DNA of 64,000 nt, from contig CAYVMI010000024.1 of the NCBI GenBank assembly GCA_964452555.1, forward strand, positions 11,250 through 75,249. Reading direction: 5' to 3'. Made by a program: the position numbers and the translations under genes. The stretch's first letter is position 1, and every line of letters starts with the position of its first letter. Shown one piece after another: positions 27,559 through 36,966 of this stretch. Source of the stretch: an uncultured Desulfobacterales bacterium. GTDB taxonomy: Bacteria > Desulfobacterota > Desulfobacteria > Desulfobacterales > B30-G6. The notes beneath the pieces were generated by a model that saw only the letters and a program-made list of their open reading frames with translations, made no database searches and was not told the DNA's origin.

Positions 27559-29031
27559 TTAAGGCTTTTGAGACGGTTTGATCAAAATATCAATCCGCCG
27601 ATTGATGGCACGTCCTTCTTCAGTTGTATTGGGTGCCAGGGGACGATCCGGCCCAAAACCGGCTGAGCGAATGTGGCTCTCCGGCAGGGTATTGTTGGCC
27701 ACCAGATAAGCTTTAACCGCTGCGGCCCGCTCCTGTGACAGTTTTTGGTTTAATTCGATTGAGCCGGTACTGTCGGTATGTCCTTCAATAACAACCCTTG
27801 GGTGATTAAATGCACGAATGGCTTTTTGTACCTTGCTTAGCAGATAATAATTATCAGGTGTCAAAATGGCCTGCCCCACCGGAAAACGGATCCCGCGCAA
27901 ACGGATGACCAGTTGATCACCTTGCTTATAGACTTCGGCCTCGTCAGCTTGAAAATAGGCCTGAACTTTATTAAAGCGATCATTGAACTCACGTTCGGCT
28001 GCCAGCCTGCGTCGCGCCGCTTCTTGTTCGCGCGAGTAGCCCTGTTGACCTGCCAGGCTTTCCTCGAGTTCTTCAATTTTATTGAGATGCTGCAGCCTGG
28101 CTATCTCCAGGCCGTCAATTTTTTTTAATTTACGCTGATAGGCATCAGCCATTATCTTTATTTGCACTTCAACGCGCCGATCGCGTAGATCGCCCACTGC
28201 CATGGCTTCTTCCAAGCTGGTCAATATACCTTCAATTTCAAGCGCGATCGCTTCAGGTTCCATACCTTCATATTTGTGGCTATATTCGTGCAGGCGAACC
28301 ATCCGCCGGGCCATAAAAGCCGCATGCGAGGCTTTTTTAGCAATGGTAGCTGATTCGTAGGGATGCTGACCGATATAGTCATCAGCCTCCTGGAGGGCTT
28401 GCCGGGCTTCGCCAAAAACCTTGGGAATTAATTTTTGAAATTTTGATTCTTCGGCCTGGGACATCATCTGACGGGTTTCACCCAAGGCATTGTTTTTGAT
28501 GGCCATAATTTCCAGTTCACCATAAGCTACTTGCACTTGGCTGGCCTTGCTCTGGGCGTAGCTTAAATTGTCTTCCTCTATAGCGGTGGTAAGCTTCAGA
28601 TATTGCTTCTCAACATTCTGGAAGGGCTCTCCCAGTTTATCAGCACCAACATTCAACGCCTTGGTGCGGGCCTGGTTGGTTTGACTCAAAATTGTTCTGG
28701 ATATTTGGGCCACATCCAGAGCCGCGTCCAATTTGGCTCTGCCCCTGGCCACATGATCTTTTATGACCGTCAATTTGGCACCCTTATCCAGGGCCTTTTG
28801 TGCTTTGACATAGGCGGCCTGGGCCTCTTTAAACATTCCGGGTGCTAAGGCATCTACCTGTTGGGCTTGGGCTTTTTCCAGATCTGATTTCAGTTGGTTG
28901 ACCAATTGCAGAGGGTCTTGGCCCGGAATACTTTCCAATTGCCGGGTTGCACAGGCACCCACAAGAAAAACCAAGAGTACCCAAATTATGAATCGAAAAT
29001 ATGTATACATTTTTACATCCCTTGAAACCAT
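27559..29031 (-). CDS. OmpA-family lipoprotein with long helical N-terminal region
   Basis: Lipobox LVGAC. C-terminal OmpA domain VVIEGHTDSTGS..NQKLSQERA..V. The start may be ATG 29010. Confidence 0.85.
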   Translation of the reverse strand: MVSRDVKMYTYFRFIIWVLLVFLVGACATRQLESIPGQDPLQLVNQLKSDLEKAQAQQVDALAPGMFKEAQAAYVKAQKALDKGAKLTVIKDHVARGRAKLDAALDVAQISRTILSQTNQARTKALNVGADKLGEPFQNVEKQYLKLTTAIEEDNLSYAQSKASQVQVAYGELEIMAIKNNALGETRQMMSQAEESKFQKLIPKVFGEARQALQEADDYIGQHPYESATIAKKASHAAFMARRMVRLHEYSHKYEGMEPEAIALEIEGILTSLEEAMAVGDLRDRRVEVQIKIMADAYQRKLKKIDGLEIARLQHLNKIEELEESLAGQQGYSREQEAARRRLAAEREFNDRFNKVQAYFQADEAEVYKQGDQLVIRLRGIRFPVGQAILTPDNYYLLSKVQKAIRAFNHPRVVIEGHTDSTGSIELNQKLSQERAAAVKAYLVANNTLPESHIRSAGFGPDRPLAPNTTEEGRAINRRIDILIKPSQKP

Positions 29032-29446
29032 ATAATGTTAATTGCGCACTTTTTCAAAAATCGAGTATGCCAAAATGGTATTGGGGGGTCAATAAATTGT
29101 TGGGAGTCGAGTTTTGGCAGGGTGAATTGTTACTGCCAGAAAATGCTCTGGCCAGCCATTACGGATATCAGAATGGCTAGGGCTACAACCTATCTCAAAA
29201 TGAAGATTTGGTCCCCGGGCATGGTATTCAACGGATAAAAAGTGGAGTATCCACGTTATAAATGAGCATTTTTTGCAGTTTTGCTTTGTCACCAGAAGGA
29301 ATTAAATGTTTTTGAGATAGCTCGTAAACATCCTGGAAAAAAAGATAGTGACCTCAACAATACACCATGCACAAACAAAGGTGATGAAATCAATGGGATA
29401 CCGAATAAATTGAGTTAGAAGCGAGAACCTTCCTGACAAACACCGA

Positions 29447-30280
29447 TCAGGGAAGATTCATGGCAATATTTAGATAAAGGCTTTTAATTCGTCCCTGTAA
29501 TGCCTTTCTACCTTCCCTGCAGAACATATGATCAGGACTCCACCAACCAAGCTCATTTAAATGATCCGTTTCCTCAATGACACCTTTAAAGTAGTCTTCA
29601 CGCCATTTGGCTGATTCGACCGAAACCAATCCGTCATTTTCACCCTCCAGCCTTTTGATGATACGAAAAGGAAATTTAAGGATGTGAAATACCGGCCAGA
29701 AGGTCTGCTTCCCGGCGTAGGTCTGAAAAAGAATCGATTCCTCACACGTTTTTTCAAAATGCACAACCTCTGGATTGCGGTTGAAGGCCTGGCACCGGTC
29801 GGTTCTTAGATCCATTAATCCACTGATATCGGAACCGGATTTTTGAGCAATTCTGATAAAAAACCCTAATTTACCAATACCCCAATCGGCAAATGCAGAT
29901 CCTGCATGAGGCGTAGAAATAGTTGTCAACGATGCGATCTGGCGGTGAATGCGGCCTTTCTTGCGATCATTGAACATCATATGGCGAGCATCTAACCCAC
30001 CCATGCTGTGGGCGATAATATTAACCTTCTCACAATTTTCTCTGGTTATTATATCTGATAACGACTGGCGAAGATCTTCGGCCCGGGCATCAACATTGGC
30101 GGCCCACCCGACGTTTGAATGAAATGCACTAAATCCTTCTTGCACCAGCGCTGTTCGGATATTTTTAAAATAGTGTAGTTTGTCAAGCTTGACGCTATGG
30201 GTGTTGTTGATACCAAGTGCCTGGCTCCATAATTGATCAAATCGACATACGCCATGGGCCAGTACTATTGGAAAAGTCAT
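29447..30280 (-). CDS. Alpha/beta-hydrolase, lipase/esterase-like
   Basis: N-terminal PIVLAHG oxyanion motif and nucleophile elbow AHSMGG. Confidence 0.8.
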   Translation of the reverse strand: MTFPIVLAHGVCRFDQLWSQALGINNTHSVKLDKLHYFKNIRTALVQEGFSAFHSNVGWAANVDARAEDLRQSLSDIITRENCEKVNIIAHSMGGLDARHMMFNDRKKGRIHRQIASLTTISTPHAGSAFADWGIGKLGFFIRIAQKSGSDISGLMDLRTDRCQAFNRNPEVVHFEKTCEESILFQTYAGKQTFWPVFHILKFPFRIIKRLEGENDGLVSVESAKWREDYFKGVIEETDHLNELGWWSPDHMFCREGRKALQGRIKSLYLNIAMNLP

Positions 30281-30533
30281 GAGGACCTGTTTCTAAAATA
30301 TCTTTTAGCTGATCCGCCTGAGTTCGCTGAATCTCGAACGTTGTTTCGTGTTTTAAATTTCTCGAATAATAAAGTATGTCTGCGGCTTGAAACAAGATTC
30401 CGTTTTGAAATTGTCATCTACTCCGCGCATTTCGAGGAGAGTTGAAATCATCCTTTATAAACAGCTCCTAGCTATGAACCGAAAAGAGTGGGCTTGTGAA
30501 TTGGCTAAAACCCTGATTGGAATGCGTTTTAAG

Positions 30534-30571
30534 CAAAAAAAATGGGCAGCAGAAAATTAATTCTGCTGCCC
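30534..30571 (-). terminator. Strong Rho-independent terminator reading on the minus strand
   Basis: Minus strand reads GGGCAGCAGAA-ttaatt-TTCTGCTGCCC followed by A-TTTTTTTT. No U-run exists in the plus direction. Confidence 0.7.
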
Positions 30572-30683
30572 CAGGTATTATCGATACTCACCTTGTGGGG
30601 TGCCAATCGTCTTTCCCGGGGGTGTCATTTCTTGTCCGACCGAATATTCCCATGTTTTGCATTGCCCAAGGGCCTTGCTCAAC

Positions 30684-30746
30684 CTGGTCAGGTTCGATCT
30701 GACCTAGTTTGACACCTTGTCTCGCGCTGTCCTGCTTGGTTTTTCC
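30684..30746. repeat. Copy A of a ~60-nt dispersed repeat
   Basis: CTGGTCAGGTTCGATCTGACCTAGTTTGACACCTTGTCTCGCGCTG..CTTGGTTTTTCC aligns with copy B. Confidence 0.6.
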
Positions 30747-30974
30747 AGCGTGGATTCTATCCTTACGAATATTATCTAGCTAGTCAAACGAAGCCCGACC
30801 TTGCTCGGCTCTGGGGTGCTCGCTGCCGCATCAAAATTTCAAAGAATTAAATTGCTCTTGCGAGTGTCATTAATCTAGTCAATTTTAATGCAGCCTCGCT
30901 AAACTTGGCGCTTCCCGTTGATCCGGCCCAATCTTGAACCAAGTAATGTTCCACTCTTACAAGCTTCTTCACAC

Positions 30975-31033
30975 CTAGTCAAGTTCGGCCTGATCCTGTT
31001 CGACACCTTGTTTCGCTCTGCTTGGCTTTTCAC
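30975..31033. repeat. Copy B of the ~60-nt dispersed repeat (291 bp from copy A); a partial third copy lies at 31289-31309
   Basis: CTAGTCAAGTTCGGCCTGATCCTGTTCGACACCTTGTTTCGCTCTGCTTGGCTTTTCAC. Confidence 0.6.
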
Positions 31034-31909
31034 TTCCGGGTTCCGTTTGACCCTTGCGGGTTTTACGTTTCCCGTTAATGTAAAACCGAGCCTTGTGCAA
31101 CCAAGTGCCTCGCTCTGTCCAGCTTGAATTTCCCGTGCCAAGCACTGCCAATTAAGGCTTTGCCAGGCTCGCTCTTTTCAAACTCGACCTTGCTCGACCG
31201 CTTGCCGGATTTTGTCTGGTCTGTTATTTCCAGCTTAATGGCAACCCCTGCGGGTGTCAACAAGCTAGTCATCTCAGGCTGACCTCACCTGGCAAGTTCG
31301 GGTCATCACGATTGGGATCGATAATCACCCTTGATTGTTTTGATAGTTTATTTAATTATTGTTTGTCAACCTTTTTTTTAATTTTTTTATATTTTTTTTC
31401 GTACGTGGCAATTAGTCAATAATTTAATAATTACAGGGTTTTACACATATTTAAATTTTACTTAAAGCAAATTTCTTTTTTATATCGGCCAGTTACTTTG
31501 CTTATTACTGCTTACCTTTATTTAATCATTATTAGTAGTAAATTAGTAATAATTATATTACAGTTTGGATATCAAATATATCGTGTCGATTTAAAATTTT
31601 ATTAGTAATTCAAACAGATAAATAGCTAGTCAAACGTTAGCTTTGAATTTTCTTTTATAGCAATTAAATTTTCCTTAAAAAACGTATCGCACAGCAATAA
31701 TTGTAATAATCTAATCCGTTTTTATGGAATCCGAACCGGCATAAAGGATCAACGTCCGTTTTTGGCCTAAATCAAATCCATTTGCTTTATACGAATGACC
31801 GTCATTAGAAACTTATGGATTGCTTTCAGCATTGACAAACCCGATAAGATGCTTTTAGATAAACCATTCCTTTCCGATAATATCCCGCTTTAAATCAGGA
31901 GGCTTAGCC

Positions 31910-32392
31910 ATGAATCATATCGGTGATAAGCTCGATACCCTGCTGGTCGCGGTCGATTTTACAAGCTATTCCGAAACTGCGACTCTATTCGCCAGCCGAT
32001 TAGCCCGAAAACTTAATGCGCGACTCCTCATTTTACATGTGATTCACGATCCGGCTGAAGCACCAGGTTTTTATGTCACTAAAGATAAAACCTCAGCCTA
32101 TCTTCAAACCATGGAAGAAACGGCGAATGATATGATGACCGCCTTCCTTGACAAACTATGCAATGCAAATCCTGAAGAGGGGCCTCTCCAAAAGGCGAAA
32201 TCACTTCTTGTCGTCGGCACTCCCGCCGTCCGCATTGTTGAAGTCGCTCAAAAGGAGAACGTAGACATGATCGTTGTCGGCAGTCATGGCCGCACCGGGC
32301 TTTCCGGTCTTATGATCGGTTCCAAAGCTGAACGGGTTGTTAAATTGGCCCCTATCCCGGTAACGGTCGTTAAGACTTCTCCGGTAAAATGA
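31910..32392 (+). CDS. Universal stress protein family
   Basis: LVAVDFTSYS, ILHVI and the C-terminal VVGSHGRTGLSGLMIGSKAERV ATP-binding motif. Confidence 0.85.
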   Translation: MNHIGDKLDTLLVAVDFTSYSETATLFASRLARKLNARLLILHVIHDPAEAPGFYVTKDKTSAYLQTMEETANDMMTAFLDKLCNANPEEGPLQKAKSLLVVGTPAVRIVEVAQKENVDMIVVGSHGRTGLSGLMIGSKAERVVKLAPIPVTVVKTSPVK

Positions 32393-32451
32393 CAGTTTAA
32401 TCCGGCTTAAAGATTTTCCAGATATTTTGTATCGTTTCAAAGGAGCGTCAC

Positions 32452-34254
32452 ATGAAACCAAGCTATACGCGTAATATTCAGGAATGGGGCTTAATAGGCC
32501 TGTGTAGTTGGTTCCTATTTGCCCCGGCGGGCGCTCAGGCTGGCGGCGGTTCCGGGTCCGACGAACTGAGTTGGTTCTTTCTGGTGATCGGACTACTGGG
32601 AGGCCTGTCCCTGTTTCTTTTTGGCATGGATAAAATGAGTGATGCCCTAAAAAATGTAGCCGGCGAAAAAATGAAAGATATCCTGGGTATGTTATCCAGC
32701 AACCGGATCATGGGAATGATTACCGGTGCCATAGTTACAGCCGTGATCCAGTCCAGTTCTGTTACCACGGTAATGCTGGTCGGCTTTGTCACCGCCGGTC
32801 TGATGTCCCTATCCCAAACCATCGGTGTGGTTATGGGATCCAATATCGGCACAACCATCACCGCCCAAATCGTTGCTTTCAAAGTTACCAAATACGCCCT
32901 GTTGTTGGTGGCTGTCGGCTTCGGCCTGCTTTTCATTTCCAAGAAAGAAAAGGTCCAGCAATACGGTTATATGATTATGGGTCTGGGCATGATCTTCTTC
33001 GGGATGGGCGTTATGAGTGATGCCATGCGTCCTTTGAGAAGCTATCAACCGTTTTTGGACTTGATGACGCAAATGTCCAACCCCGTTCTGGGTATTATGG
33101 TAGCTGCTCTGTTTACGGCTTTAGTGCAATCAAGCTCGGCAACCACCGGCGTGATCATTGTTCTGGCCATGCAGGGACTCATCAGCCTGAAAGCCGGTAT
33201 AGCCCTTTCCTTTGGAGCCAACATCGGTACCTGCGTAACCGCATTTTTAGCCTCCATTGGCAAACCCAGAGAGGCGGTACGCGTATCCGTGGTACATGTA
33301 TTATTTAATGTCGTGGGGGTGTTGATATTCCTGCCCTTCATTGGTCCCTTTGTAAAACTGGTTGTCGCCATTTCACCGTCTGCAGCCGAAAATCTCACCG
33401 GTTTGCAGGCCGCCGCGGCCGTATTGCCACGCCAAATTGCCAATGCCCACACAATTTTCAATGTTACCTGTGCAGTCATCTTTATGCCCTTCGTCTCGAT
33501 ATTCGCAAGAATTGTTTACCGATTGGTTCCTGACAAACCGATTCAGGAAACCGAAATTCTCCAGCCTAAATATCTGAATGAAATGCTGTTTCATACGCCC
33601 AGCCTGGCATTGGATGCAGCCCGGCATGAACTGAAACGCATGGGCAAACGCGTTGATCTTATGAATGCCTCTATGATGCCGGCAGTGCTGTCCGGGAGCA
33701 AAGAAGCCCTGATGGATGTGCGCGAGATGGATGAAGAGGTAGATGTATTGCACAGACACATCGTTAACTATCTGGCCGAGGTCAGCAAATTAAATCTCAA
33801 TCAAACCCAGACAGATAAACTAATGAAACTCATGAGCAGCGCCAACGATTTGGAACACATCGGGGATGTCATCGAAACCAACATGATCGAATTGGGGGAA
33901 CACCGGATTGACAACGGCATCACCATCAGCGATGCAACCAGGAAAGTCATTAACACGCTGCACGTGGTGGTCTCGGATGCCCTCAAAGCTGCCCTTCGCG
34001 CTGTGGTGGATGAAGAAAAGGATTATGCCCTGCGTGTTACCCAAATGAAAGAAGATGTGAACCGCTTGTTGGAAAAAGCCGATTTGCACCAGGCCCAGCG
34101 GCTGGCGTGTGAAGATTCCGGGAAATTTGAAGCTTATAGCCTCGAAATCGAAATCATTGAAAAATTAAAACGCATCTATTACCATGCCAAACGGATGGCC
34201 GAGGGGGTTATCCAAACGGATGCCAAAGCTCCGGCATTATATCACGCTGCATAA
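32452..34254 (+). CDS. Na/Pi cotransporter family protein with C-terminal PhoU-like domains
   Basis: Duplicated QSSSATT/QSSSVTT motifs in a polytopic N-half. The helical C-half contains NDLEHIGD. Confidence 0.9.
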   Translation: MKPSYTRNIQEWGLIGLCSWFLFAPAGAQAGGGSGSDELSWFFLVIGLLGGLSLFLFGMDKMSDALKNVAGEKMKDILGMLSSNRIMGMITGAIVTAVIQSSSVTTVMLVGFVTAGLMSLSQTIGVVMGSNIGTTITAQIVAFKVTKYALLLVAVGFGLLFISKKEKVQQYGYMIMGLGMIFFGMGVMSDAMRPLRSYQPFLDLMTQMSNPVLGIMVAALFTALVQSSSATTGVIIVLAMQGLISLKAGIALSFGANIGTCVTAFLASIGKPREAVRVSVVHVLFNVVGVLIFLPFIGPFVKLVVAISPSAAENLTGLQAAAAVLPRQIANAHTIFNVTCAVIFMPFVSIFARIVYRLVPDKPIQETEILQPKYLNEMLFHTPSLALDAARHELKRMGKRVDLMNASMMPAVLSGSKEALMDVREMDEEVDVLHRHIVNYLAEVSKLNLNQTQTDKLMKLMSSANDLEHIGDVIETNMIELGEHRIDNGITISDATRKVINTLHVVVSDALKAALRAVVDEEKDYALRVTQMKEDVNRLLEKADLHQAQRLACEDSGKFEAYSLEIEIIEKLKRIYYHAKRMAEGVIQTDAKAPALYHAA

Positions 34255-34350
34255 TTTGCAATGCAGGAATATTCTGCTTTTTACATGACCCAATCGTACA
34301 GACGCTAAAAGATCGCAAAATGCATTAAATCCAAATGAGAGGATCATATT

Positions 34351-34725
34351 ATGCGTGTAAAAAAGCTATTGGACAAAAAAGGTCATGATGTATATTCCGT
34401 ATCCCCGGATGCGACGGTGTATGATGCCCTCAAAATCATGGCTAAAAAAGAAATCGGTGCCCTAATCGTCGTTGAAAAAGACAAAATGGTCGGTATCATG
34501 TCCGAAAGGGACTATGCACGCAAGGTGATCCTGAAAGGTAAAGCGTCCAAGCATACCCTTGTCAGTGACATCATGACCACCGATATAATTACCGCTAAAC
34601 CGGATACGAAGCTAAAAAAATGCCTCAGCCTGATGACCAAACATCGTATCCGTCATATCCCCATATTGGACGGTGACAAGCTCGATGGTGTCCTGTCTAT
34701 AGATGATGTGCGGCATGTAACCTGA
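34351..34725 (+). CDS. CBS-domain pair protein
   Basis: 124 aa with two CBS repeats (GALIVVEKDKMVGIMSERD; HRIRHIPILDGDKLDGVLS). Confidence 0.85.
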   Translation: MRVKKLLDKKGHDVYSVSPDATVYDALKIMAKKEIGALIVVEKDKMVGIMSERDYARKVILKGKASKHTLVSDIMTTDIITAKPDTKLKKCLSLMTKHRIRHIPILDGDKLDGVLSIDDVRHVT

Positions 34726-35603
34726 TGGATGGCATATTGAATTGGGGTATTGACGTTGTCCTCTGGTGCCAGCAGTTCAGTCCGGAACTGGATATTTTTT
34801 TTAAAGTCCTGACCGCCTTGGGCGACGAGCTCTTTTTCCTGCTATTCGTTCCGTTGATCATCTGGAGTGTCGATTATACCATCGGCGTCCGCATGGCCCT
34901 GATATTTTTGTCATCGGCCTATCTCAACAGCATTTCCAAGCTGATTGCAGCCCAACCCAGACCGTTTCAAGTCTCATCAGACGTCCGTATGCTGGTGGAA
35001 GAAACCACCGGCGGTTTTCCCAGCGGCCATACCCAAAACACAACTGCAGTTTGGGTATCCTTGGCCGTCCAGTTTAAAAAAAGATGGTTTTGGTTCCTGA
35101 CCGTCGGCCTGTTAATACTTGTGCCCCTATCCAGGCTATACCTTGGCGTCCATTTTCCCACTGATTTACTGGGGGGCTATATATTGGGCCTTGCCATCAT
35201 AACTGCTTTTATGCGATCTGAGCGGCCGGTTTTAAAGTGGCTGCAATCAAAATCCATCGGCGTTCAGTTGCTGTTGGTGGTTTGTATCACTGCCCTGCTG
35301 GCCTTAGCCGGCATCGGCCATTTGCAAGAAACCAGTGCGACCACTGCTACCTTACTGGGGGGCGGTGTCGGCCTGGTACTTGAACGGCACCTTATCCGTT
35401 TTGACAGCGCGGGCACCTGGTGGCAGCGGGTCATACGATTTTTGCTTGGGGCTTTGGTGTTGGGAATCATCTATTTTGGATTAAAAATTCTTTTTTCCCA
35501 CCTGACACCGTATCTGCTTTTCCGGTTCATCCGCTATGCACTAGTCGGGCTGGCCGTTTTCTTGCTGATGCCCTGGCTTTTTATACGACTGAAACTTGCT
35601 TGA
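34725..35603 (+). CDS. PAP2-family membrane phosphatase
   Basis: KxxxxxxRP (KLIAAQPRP), PSGHT and SRLYLGVHFPTD acid-phosphatase motifs, on a polytopic protein. Confidence 0.8.
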   Translation: MDGILNWGIDVVLWCQQFSPELDIFFKVLTALGDELFFLLFVPLIIWSVDYTIGVRMALIFLSSAYLNSISKLIAAQPRPFQVSSDVRMLVEETTGGFPSGHTQNTTAVWVSLAVQFKKRWFWFLTVGLLILVPLSRLYLGVHFPTDLLGGYILGLAIITAFMRSERPVLKWLQSKSIGVQLLLVVCITALLALAGIGHLQETSATTATLLGGGVGLVLERHLIRFDSAGTWWQRVIRFLLGALVLGIIYFGLKILFSHLTPYLLFRFIRYALVGLAVFLLMPWLFIRLKLA

Positions 35604-35699
35604 AGACGGGCTGTACAAATCCTAGTCTTTGATTTAATGTTCGCCGGCGATTTCTTGCCGAAGAAGAACTGCATGGTATGAATTGAATTCCGGAGTGCA

Positions 35700-36272
35700 A
35701 TGATGACACTTTACACCGGCACAGGCGATGGAGGCCTAACGGGATTGTTCAGTGGGGAACGCATCAGTAAGGCGGATGCCCGCATCCAGGCTTCCGGCGC
35801 CGTGGATGAGCTCAATTCCATTTTAGGTGCCCTGATTGCAGAAATACCGGACACCCAGACCGATTTGATCACAGCCTTGCATAGCATTCAGTCGGACCTG
35901 TTTCTGATTGGGGCCTGGATATCAACCACACCGGATTCACCGGCATTATCGCAATTGCAGCCTTTTGATAAACAACGGGTAAGCATGCTCGAAAATGGGA
36001 TCGATGATCTGGAAGCGCTATTACCGCGTCTGAACCGATTCATTCTACCCGGCGGCCATATCTCGAGCGCCTGGGCCCATATTGCCAGGTCGGTCTGCAG
36101 GCGTTGCGAGCGCCATACCGTCATGCTTTATGAGCACCTAGATACTGAAAAGTTGCCGCCTGCCGTCCAGCATATCCTCCAGTATCTCAATCGGCTGTCG
36201 GACTACTTGTTTGTGGTAGCCCGTTATTGCAACCAATTCAACAATCATGACGACGCCGAGTGGCAGGGATAG
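35700..36272 (+). CDS. PduO-type ATP:cob(I)alamin adenosyltransferase
   Basis: YTGTGDGGLTGL N-terminus, DELNS, and the LPGG...AHIARSVCRRCER pattern. Confidence 0.85.
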   Translation: MMTLYTGTGDGGLTGLFSGERISKADARIQASGAVDELNSILGALIAEIPDTQTDLITALHSIQSDLFLIGAWISTTPDSPALSQLQPFDKQRVSMLENGIDDLEALLPRLNRFILPGGHISSAWAHIARSVCRRCERHTVMLYEHLDTEKLPPAVQHILQYLNRLSDYLFVVARYCNQFNNHDDAEWQG

Positions 36273-36281
36273 TTTGAAGAC

Positions 36282-36941
36282 ATGCCCATGCGCAATGCAA
36301 ATCAAATGGCAGTGATCAGCGGCAGGCGCTGGCTAACGGCCAATACATTTGAACTCACGATCCAACGCCCCAAAGGTTTTGACTTTATCCCCGGCCAATG
36401 CTTGCGGATAATCCATACTGCCGGCGAGCGTGACTACAGCCTGGCCTCGGGTACGGATGATGATGCATTGGTTTTATGCATTCGCCTGGTTGACCAGGGC
36501 AGCGTAAGCGGTTTTTTGAGTAGTTGCGATATCCCCACCGAGATTTCGATCCAAGGACCCTACGGCTATTTTACTTTCAAGGCATCTTCGCGCCGGGCCA
36601 TTTTTGTGGCCACCGGCACCGGCATCGCCCCTATTTGTTCGATGGCCCGCTCCGGCATGCGCGATTTTCTTTTGCTGCACGGCGCCCGTCAACCAATCGA
36701 TCTCTATTACCGCGGTCTGCTTGAGGAAGTCGCCAACACCTACATCGGCTGTGTGTCCGATATCGATCGGGAAGATAAAGCGGTTTTCCATGGTCGTGTT
36801 ACCGATTATCTCGCAAAACAACTGCCCATGGGTTCTTATGATTTTTATCTTTGCGGAAGTCGTAGCATGATTCGGGACGTGACCCGATTGGTGGATCGGC
36901 GGTTTCCGGATTCGCTCGTATACACGGAAATGTTCTATTAG
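36282..36941 (+). CDS. Ferredoxin-NADP reductase-like FAD/NAD(P)-binding oxidoreductase
   Basis: RDYSLAS (RxYS FAD motif), GTGIAP NAD(P) motif and CGSRSM near the C-terminus. Confidence 0.7.
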   Translation: MPMRNANQMAVISGRRWLTANTFELTIQRPKGFDFIPGQCLRIIHTAGERDYSLASGTDDDALVLCIRLVDQGSVSGFLSSCDIPTEISIQGPYGYFTFKASSRRAIFVATGTGIAPICSMARSGMRDFLLLHGARQPIDLYYRGLLEEVANTYIGCVSDIDREDKAVFHGRVTDYLAKQLPMGSYDFYLCGSRSMIRDVTRLVDRRFPDSLVYTEMFY

Positions 36942-36966
36942 AGGGACGGTGTCGTGTGAAATAGAA

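Larger units (their letters stand above)
30572..31260 (-). ncRNA. Candidate unannotated minus-strand transcript (noncoding or tiny ORF) ending at the 30534-30571 terminator
   Basis: No credible ORF. Promoter-like TTGACA-N17-TAAGCT on the minus strand (TTGACA is the complement of 31255-31260). Contains internal ~60-nt repeats. The extent is a guess. Confidence 0.3.

Noticed and set aside
30686-30704. tRNA T-arm-like hairpin GGTCAG-GTTCGAT-CTGACC, a possible tRNA or tmRNA fragment or att site.
   Set aside because: No acceptor, D or anticodon arm can be drawn around it. The stem is 6 bp with G preceding TTCGAT, not the canonical G53-T54 geometry. The other copies of the repeat lose the hairpin.
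31125-31150. Sigma-54-like TGGCACG-N4-ATTC on the minus strand within the ORF-free locus.
   Set aside because: The -24 half is good, but the -12 element lacks the invariant GC (ATTC instead of TTGC).
30899-31272. Minus-strand ORFs of 80 and 65 aa inside the ORF-free repeat locus.
   Set aside because: They have no RBS, span the repeat copies in different frames, and have highly basic low-complexity sequence. The region is treated as noncoding.
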